A stretch of 43,212 nt of DNA from contig NC_068991.1 of NCBI RefSeq assembly GCF_001194135.2, forward strand, positions 51,725,521 through 51,768,732. The letters are read 5' to 3'. Origin of the DNA: Octopus bimaculoides (lineage: Eukaryota). The first letter of the stretch is position 1. The number at the start of each line of letters is the position of its first letter. The notes below the pieces were generated by a model. It was not told where the DNA came from. It saw nothing but the letters and a program-made list of their open reading frames with translations, and did no database searches. The position numbers were made by a program, and so were the translations under genes. This document shows positions 35,990-43,212 of the stretch, in pieces.

Positions 35990-36900
35990 GGTGCTCACAG
36001 CCCTCTCTCTACCAGTCAGGCAATGGGACCGGTGGATGTTCCTCTTTAGAAGTTTATAGAGGATTAGTGGCGAGGAAGTGCGACGACATTCTCGGGGAGA
36101 CTCTGGGCGCCAACGAGAGCGAACTAGCTAGTCTGTTTCGGAAGACTTTCCGATCAGAAACTATCATGAATAATTTCCAGATGTCCTTGGCTACCGGGGA
36201 GCGCTACCGGCTCAAGATAAACTCAACAGGCACGGATGTTCTGTCAGACAGGCTTGTCCGAGGTGCATGCAGAGTGACGAAACAATTCCGCACGCCCTCG
36301 ATCAGTGTCCCGACATTGCTGACTTGTGGGGTTATGTCGAATAGCTGCTGTCACGTGTGGGACTGTTCCGTCTGCCGACCGAGTCTGTAGTGATGATCGC
36401 ACCGCTGCCCTCCTTCATTCAGGCAGGCAAGGCAGTTTTCCTTTGCCTGATGGCTGTGGCGAAAGAGATTGTTTGGTGGACAAGGCTGAAAGGCATGAAG
36501 ACAGATATATTCCTCTTTAATTGAGTTCTCATTGACTTCTTCAAAAAAGGAAATTGAGAGTGGAGAGGAAAGTGCTGTCCTCGAGTGAGTTTACTGAAAG
36601 GTGGGTGAAAGTTGCGAAAACGCAAGAGTGAATGATACCTCTCTGAGTGTAGACCCGTGAGTCGGAGAGAAGGAATTGGAGGGCACTTGCTCTTGGGGTT
36701 TCAGGGAAATCTCGAACAGTGGAGTTCCTCGATTATCCCTCGAGGCCTTCCTGTATCAGGAGGGCCACAACTCTATCATCCTCCCCGTCACTTTTTTTCT
36801 TTTTTAACCTTTGTATGCTATGCGTATGTCCCCTTTTTTTTAGTGTATACTTAATTTCTTTCTTCCTTTCCTTTATTTTCTTCAAGTCGAGTAGCCCATC
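35990..36900 (+). mobile_element. Tx1/L1-clade LINE, 3' end of ORF2 and 3' UTR
   Basis: CCHC knuckle CPRC-x8-H-x4-C (36255-36308), then LW-x-YVE and AKEIVWWTR...LRVER...F-x-ERW; pyrimidine-rich 3' UTR. Confidence 0.8.
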
Positions 36901-36929
36901 CTGCTCAAATGGTCTCTGAATAAGGGTTA

Positions 36930-37160
36930 TTTAAGAATGTTGAACGAAACATCTATGTTTCCAAAGGTGAATTATTCACACTCCAAAGAAATCCTCTCAA
37001 CATGGCTATAATGTTCCCCCACTACTTCTGCTCTTGATCAGAGATACACATATCGTCAGCCACTAAGGGACATGCTCAACTAATTAAGGTCAAACAACTG
37101 ACAAGCATATCTGTGGTATTGAGCAGAATATTTGCTGTAGCCCATCTTTTACACCAAGAC
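36930..37160 (+). mobile_element. Family G retroelement fragment
   Basis: Overlaps in sequence with 35650-35745. Confidence 0.7.
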
Positions 37161-37164
37161 TATT

Positions 37165-37524
37165 ATTACCTCCGCCTTAGCGAAGGCAGAAGTACTGTTT
37201 TCAGTCGTGTTTGTTTGTCCGTAGACAAGATATCTCAAGAACCGCTGGGGGGATTCGGATGAAACTTTCAGGGATGTTTGGCGTCGTGACTAGCACGAAC
37301 TGATTAGATTTTGGGATCGATACGGTACCGGACAAGGATTCTAGATTATTTTTCCTGTTTTTTAACTTAATTTTTGAGAGTGGTCGGGTTCATTTTTACT
37401 ATTCTCATTTGTGAGAGCAATCGAGTTTATTTCAGATATTTTCATTTTAAAAATCATTTCTGGTTAATCGTTGAGAGGACGCTGGTCTTGCCTTGGCGGA
37501 GGTTTGCGCTCTCTGAATGCTCTT
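37165..37524 (+). mobile_element. Helentron-associated interspersed element (HINE/DINE-1-like)
   Basis: 5' subterminal IR tacctccgcc with adjacent hairpin partner aaggcagaagta. 3' subterminal IR ggcggaggt followed by hairpin gcgctctctgaatgc; T-rich flanks. Confidence 0.75.
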
Positions 37525-37528
37525 ATTA

Positions 37529-37626
<98 letters not shown>

Positions 37627-37640
37627 ATTATTATTATTAT
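37525..37640. repeat. Compound (ATT)n(GTT)n(ATT)n microsatellite
   Basis: Direct inspection. Many other (TA)n, (CA)n, (TATG)n, (TAA)n and (TAG)n tracts occur throughout and border most of the N-gaps. Confidence 0.92.
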
Positions 37641-37768
37641 TCAAATCTCACCGAGGTAAACTTTGCATTTCAACATTTCGAGGTTGATAAAATAAAGTAC
37701 CAGTCAAGTAATGGAGTCGATGTCATGAACACCTACAAAATGTCAGGCCTTGTGACTACATTACAAAG

Positions 37769-37770
<2 letters not shown>
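37641..37770 (+). mobile_element. SINE family A, 5'-truncated
   Basis: tcaaatctcaccgagg...gataaaataaagtaccag...tcaggccttgtg. Confidence 0.7.
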
Positions 37771-37813
<43 letters not shown>

Positions 37814-38476
37814 CAGCAGCAGCAGCAGCAGCTGTAGTAGTAGATTTCCAGTTTAATCAATTACTTTAATGTTTGCAGATTGCTTGATGCAGCTGTCGTT
37901 GTTAAGTTGCAACAGAGATATACATTGTCATTGTACAAGATGTCTATTTAACTGAAAAGGAGAATTGAGAATAGCGGTTATATTCAATGCATGGCTAGAA
38001 GCACAATGGAATGGTAATTATAGTTTTTTCAGTCCAACACTTTAACAACTCAGCAACTATACCTGTATTTTTCAGGCAATGCAATATGAAAACTGAGTTA
38101 GATATTTGCAATAATGAAGAAAATCTCATTGAAACCTACAGCAATGATGATATTGTCGCTCCATTCCTTCTTCATACAGAGCAACAATATTATATAAGAA
38201 ACTACGTAGCCATTATTGAAAGAAAGCATGCAATACCTGGTTGAAATCATTGGAAATAATTGGAATTTCTTGACCTTCAAAGCTATCGTTCTTTGCTTTA
38301 TTAGTTCTAACATTTCTCAACTATTTTTAATGGAAGATTGTTTACATCTTGACCTTTCAATCAAAAATGGAAAGGCTCCATGGAAAATAAGGAGAAAGAC
38401 AGTTATAATTAGAGTGAATCAACTGCAATAAAAAAAGTAATTTTTTGCGATGGAAATTTCAGAATTCGTTTCAATG

Positions 38477-38507
<31 letters not shown>

Positions 38508-39457
38508 AAATTGGAGCTAAGCATTCTGTTCGTTTCTTTTCCATGTTTTAGTAATCATATCCTTAAAAAATAGTGCTATCCAAATTTACTCTCTCTCTTT
38601 CACTTGCTTTCTCTATGTCTTTCTGCAGTTCTCTGTCTTCTTCTCTCTGTCTGTCTGTCTATATTTCGGTCTCTCTCTCTATATATATATGTATGTGGAT
38701 TTGTGTGTTTGTATGTGTGTATATCTGTGTAAGCATGTGTATGTTGTTAAATATATCTATCTCTATATCTTTGTCTTTCCCTTTCTATATGTGTGCGCGC
38801 GTGTGTGTGCATGTGCACAGATTAGTATATCTGTCTACTTACTTGTATACCTACTTACTTATATCTTTGATATTTATTTCATTCTCACCCTATTTGGAGA
38901 CAATCCCTTCTCTCCATAGGTAATAGGCAATAGCATTCTCTGGTAATTATTTCACAGTATGAACAGGCTTTGTAGATGCTCTTATATCTAAATATTTACT
39001 TTCTAATTAATCGTGCATGTGTACTAGGTATAGACAGGGCATAGTTTAATTACAAATCAAATGATATAAAGACAATTACAAAGACAACAATGATACAATT
39101 TAGAATTACATATGATTAGATGCCTAAACACTTATTCTTTGAACTATTACATTTGATTTCCTCTGTATGACAGAAATTATAATTTTAGTAGCAAATGACA
39201 ATAATTAAATGAATTCTAATTACTTCTCAACTAAATTCTACGAAACCCATGTCACTAACTTACACCCATTACGACAGGCTGAATTTACTCATTATAAATA
39301 ACAAATTATAATTTGTGAAAATGAAAAATTGCATTCCTTATACATGGAAACAACAGTGATGTAGAGAAACATGTGACATTATTCGAGTCTGTCCATTACA
39401 CACATACACCCCACCACACACACACACACAAGTGTATGTATGTATGTATGTATGTAT

Positions 39458-40300
39458 GGACGTGTTATGATAGACATTTCAAATTGTTAGAACAAATCCA
39501 CCAAAAATGCCTTCATCGCATTTTAAAAATTAAATGGTGTCTTTTTGTTTTTTTCTCCAAGCACAGATTTCCTTGCGTCTGCAGGCATCACTTCAATTAA
39601 AGAAATGATTCTGAAAAACCAAATGAGATGGTCTAGCTATTCTGTTCGAACGGAGGATGAACGCACACCCAAACAGCTGTTTTATGGTGAGCTTGCAAAG
39701 GGGAAACGCTATCGGTGTAAACCTAAAAAGAGGTTTAAGGACAGCATAAGGATTACCATAAAGTCACTTGGAATGGATTTAGAGGACATAGAAACCCTTG
39801 CTTCGGATCGAGCTGGATGGTGAACAAAAGAATGGAGCGGAATGAAAACGTTTGAAGAGGCCCGGATAACGCATGCAAGACTCAAGAGAGATTTAAAGAA
39901 AAATGTTACGATCGAGGTAAATCACAATGACCTTTTTGTGTGCGCAGTTTGTGACAAACCATGCCTTTCTTTTGCCGGCCTCAAATCTCATTTGCGGACC
40001 CATGAAAAACGAACCTCCACCGGCTATTCTACCTATATATATGTGCACATCTTTCAATGTCACGTATGCCATAAGATCTGCAAATCTAACAGATGCCTCA
40101 AAAGATATTTTAAGACCAACAAAAATCAGAATTTAACTGCAGCTCTTGGTGGTCCAAATCGAATATGCAATTTATGTGGGTGTCTTTTCAATACATTGTC
40201 TGGTTTAAAAAGCCACATCAGACGTCATGATGGATCTAAGGTGCAGGTACAAGAGGTGGTCAGACTCTGCATAAGGAGTAGACAACCACCATGTATGTAT
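39458..40300 (+). mobile_element. 5'-truncated RTE-clade LINE with three C-terminal C2H2 zinc fingers
   Basis: WTCYDRHFKLLEQIHQKCLHRILKIKW, PKQLFYGEL-x-x-GKR and ETLASDRAGW are typical RTE C-terminal motifs. Fingers are CAVC..H..H, CHVC (decayed) and CNLC..H..H. Both ends sit in (TATG)n. Confidence 0.88.
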
Positions 40301-40356
40301 TATGGAGCATTTCTTATATATATGGTCACTAAAATCCAACAAACTATTGCCTGAGT

Positions 40357-40790
40357 GTACAAGGTGTCTAAAATATCTCAAAATTAATATTTCCTGATTA
40401 TATATGATCTCTAACTTACCTCTAATCTAATTACCGGAATGTGTGTGTATGCATATATGTGTGTGTATGTATGTGTGTGTGTGGGGGGGGGGAGAGACAG
40501 ATAGAGAGAGAGTGCCTGTGTGCGCGCGCGCGATAAATGTATATATGTATGGTTTCTAAAATCCACCAACCCAACATCATTAGCTGAATATATTATGGTC
40601 TCTAAAATTTCTGAATGTCATTAGCTGAGTATATATGGTGTCTAAAATACCATAACGTCCTCAGTTGAATAAATACGCTCTCTAATATTACCCGACATTA
40701 ATGTGTGAAAATATGTTCTCTAAATTCTCCCATATCATAACCTGAGTCTACATGGTCTTTAAAATTCAAAAACATCCTTGGCTAAATATA
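40357..40790. repeat. Diverged minisatellite with period of about 39-46 bp
   Basis: About eight units of type tatggtctctaaaat-(variable)-cattagctgaatata, split by a microsatellite at about 40440-40545. Confidence 0.7.
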
Positions 40791-41031
40791 CGCGATCAAA
40801 AGCATAATTAGCTAAATATATGTGGAAGAAATCTCACACACGCACATCGACAACATTCGTCAGTTTCTTGAAAATGGGGTCATAATCCCGAAATATTGAA
40901 TGCAAGGTAAGTCTACATTAATTCATATATTTGTTTTCTTGGGATTTGCCCCGCATTTACTTCGCATTGTTCTGGCCTTACCCACGATCCTTTATACAAT
41001 ATATTCTACACAATGCTTCATAATAATTATT

Positions 41032-41086
<55 letters not shown>

Positions 41087-41096
41087 CATACATACA

Positions 41097-43212
41097 CTAG
41101 CAATGCATCCCGGCGTTGCCCGGGTGTCATGATCTACAGCCACATCGTATTATTTGTTTCTTTCTTATGGACAGAAGCAGCACACTAGGTGTTTGAAGCA
41201 AACAACTCTTCTTTATAAACATGTTTTTCGGTTATTTTGTAATGAGCAAGGTTGAAATTGTTGACTCGAAAAACATGTAGAATGGTAGCTTAAATTAGAG
41301 TGAAATCCTAATATTGCCCCCAAAATGACCTAGACATACGGATTTAAAGAACTGGATGACGTATGGAGAAGTAGAGGTATCTGTATTGCAGAAAGTAAGG
41401 TACATGGAAAGAAAGCTGCTTCATTGTGAAAAGCATCTTCTCTAATGTTTGGGCAGACTACACACTTCAACATGTATTAAGTGAAATGCTTCTGGGTAAA
41501 CTATGTTTTGCATAAGCCAAGTATTGATAGAATAAATATACAAGTCATCTGCACTGCTAACTCGAGAGCATGCGACACATAGTTGTCCATGAGAAAAGCA
41601 GGATATTTGTAAATTGAGACCCACAGTTTTTAAAGTTTAATCCCAGGCTTTGTTGATTGTCATAGCGAAGCATAATGGCACTGGGAACTGGAGGCACTTG
41701 AATTGAAATGACACATTTGAGGGAATAAAGGGCATGCGTAGAATGTATGCCATCTCTCCTCGATGACAGCCGGCAATAATGGTTGCTTGTAGGACATGAC
41801 TTGTCATTGTAGCGACAGTCAATCTTGTACCATTGCATAGTCGTGGTGGATCGAAATTCCACAAGAGCATGATAGGATCACCTTTCTTTAGGAACAGCTA
41901 ATACGGTGGTAGTCCTGTGGGTTGTAGAGAGTTGAGAAATTCAACTGGATACTCAACAGTGGCATGTTCGTCGATGGTAGTATAAATGGAGACAAACGTT
42001 GAAACATCTCCAGGTAGAACGTGGAGGAGTTCATGGATTACTTAATCAACGCTTTCATTCCGAGGTGCTAAAATAGCTCTCTCTGCGAACCATGCTTTGT
42101 TTTTGAAGTTGTCTTGCAATGTGGGAAATACCTTTTCTTAAGCTCGGCCAATGTAGACACCATTTGCCCACATTGCGGTACATGCAGGGTGAGGCGCCAT
42201 TTCCAATTTGTAGAAGTTGATGAAAGAACTCCTCAGCTAAAGGGTCGGGTCGTTGTAGAGATGAGCTCGCATATTGTTACTTAATGAAAGCTGACGAACG
42301 AATCTCCACAGAGGTGACAACTTCAGTCACACATAGATGTCGTCAGCTCGCGTACCCCGTGGTAATATTTGACGTAAATTCCCTGCAAGGACAACAGTTA
42401 AGTACCCCATAACGGCAGTATTGTTTCTAATATCCCTTAGTGGCCTATCTAGGGCTTTTAGTGAACCGCGGTGTGCCATCGTGCATTCATCCCAAACAAT
42501 AAGTGTAGTTTAGAGCAGAACTTCTGCCGTCGGTGATCGTTTTGAAATATTACACATTGAGGCATCGCTGAAGTGAGTTTTCTTGAGCACGAAGAGAGGC
42601 AGTTTTCTTTGCGGCCCTTGTTTGTAGAGATAAAGAGAATGTCTTCGTTTTGGTGGCATGGCTGAAAATGAGTGAACGATTAAGGAACATATGAGATGGA
42701 AGACATAGCAATTTGAAGTTGTGCATTGTATAATTTGATTTTAAGTAACGAATGAAAACATGTGTAAAAATTCATATGTCAATTTGTATATCGTTATTAT
42801 GAGAAGAAGCGGTAAACTGTGAATGATTTGGCTGTGTTCCGTCTTGATAAGCGTAATGTATTCTGTTAGCTGATATATAGTGGAGTGGATTACTGGTGTA
42901 ATGAAAGTTATTGTTTTGTCCAGAAGTGAAGTGTGTGTGTGTTGGGTGGGGGGTACAATTTGCATGAAAGTGATTTATGTTCTTAAGAAGGATCACGAAC
43001 TATGTATTGTTTCATGGAATAAAAAGGAGTTAATACGATTTTAACCAGATATCCTGTTTTCAAAATTATAATTTTCCCCCTCCCCGTCGAAATTTTCTAA
43101 TTTTTAATTGTTTTTCGAATTTTGTTTTTTATGCACGTGGAAAAATACAGAGATTACGAATGTGGGAAATATAATTTGTTTTGAAAATTTGATCTTTCTG
43201 AAAGAAATACTG
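41097..43212 (-). mobile_element. Helitron, internally deleted; 5' end not seen in the window
   Basis: 3' hairpin cccgggcaacgccggg and terminal CTAG|T (41100-41096). PIF1-type helicase motifs LIVWDECTM, ERAILAPRN, YPVEFLNSL, LCNGTRL, FAMTINK and FSHGQL-x-VACSRV are broken by stops and frameshifts. Confidence 0.93.

Noticed and set aside
40357-40790. CRISPR array interpretation
   Set aside because: Eukaryotic context, degenerate repeats, very short variable parts and no cas genes.
43185-43212. Minus-strand tatttctttcagaaag as the missing ACYP VFFRK exon
   Set aside because: It needs an extra base to read FFRK, has no GT donor, and lies in the presumed Helitron 5' region.

Overview
AT-rich, microsatellite-rich eukaryotic genomic DNA with eight N-gaps. 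The repeat content is consistent with an octopus-type cephalopod short-read assembly (inference). The only host gene I can support is an acylphosphatase (ACYP-like) on the minus strand. It has an internal 110-nt exon (25886-25777) spliced in phase 2 across a 15.8-kb intron to the terminal coding exon (9991-9877). The upstream exon(s) were not found. The rest is transposon debris: a near-full-length decayed R4/Dong LINE plus a second fragment, two RTE fragments (one ending in three C2H2 fingers), a Tx1/L1 3' end, Penelope-like remnants, two mariner derivatives, a piggyBac-type MITE, a HINE, an internally deleted Helitron, a solo LTR and over 25 SINE copies from about five modular families. The most interesting items are a nearly intact type I hammerhead ribozyme inside a fold-back that could block it (6327-6501), further decayed hammerheads, inverted SINEs bracketing the ACYP exon, a spacerless palindrome downstream of the ACYP stop, and SINE head/tail chimeras. 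All alignments and counts were done by eye.
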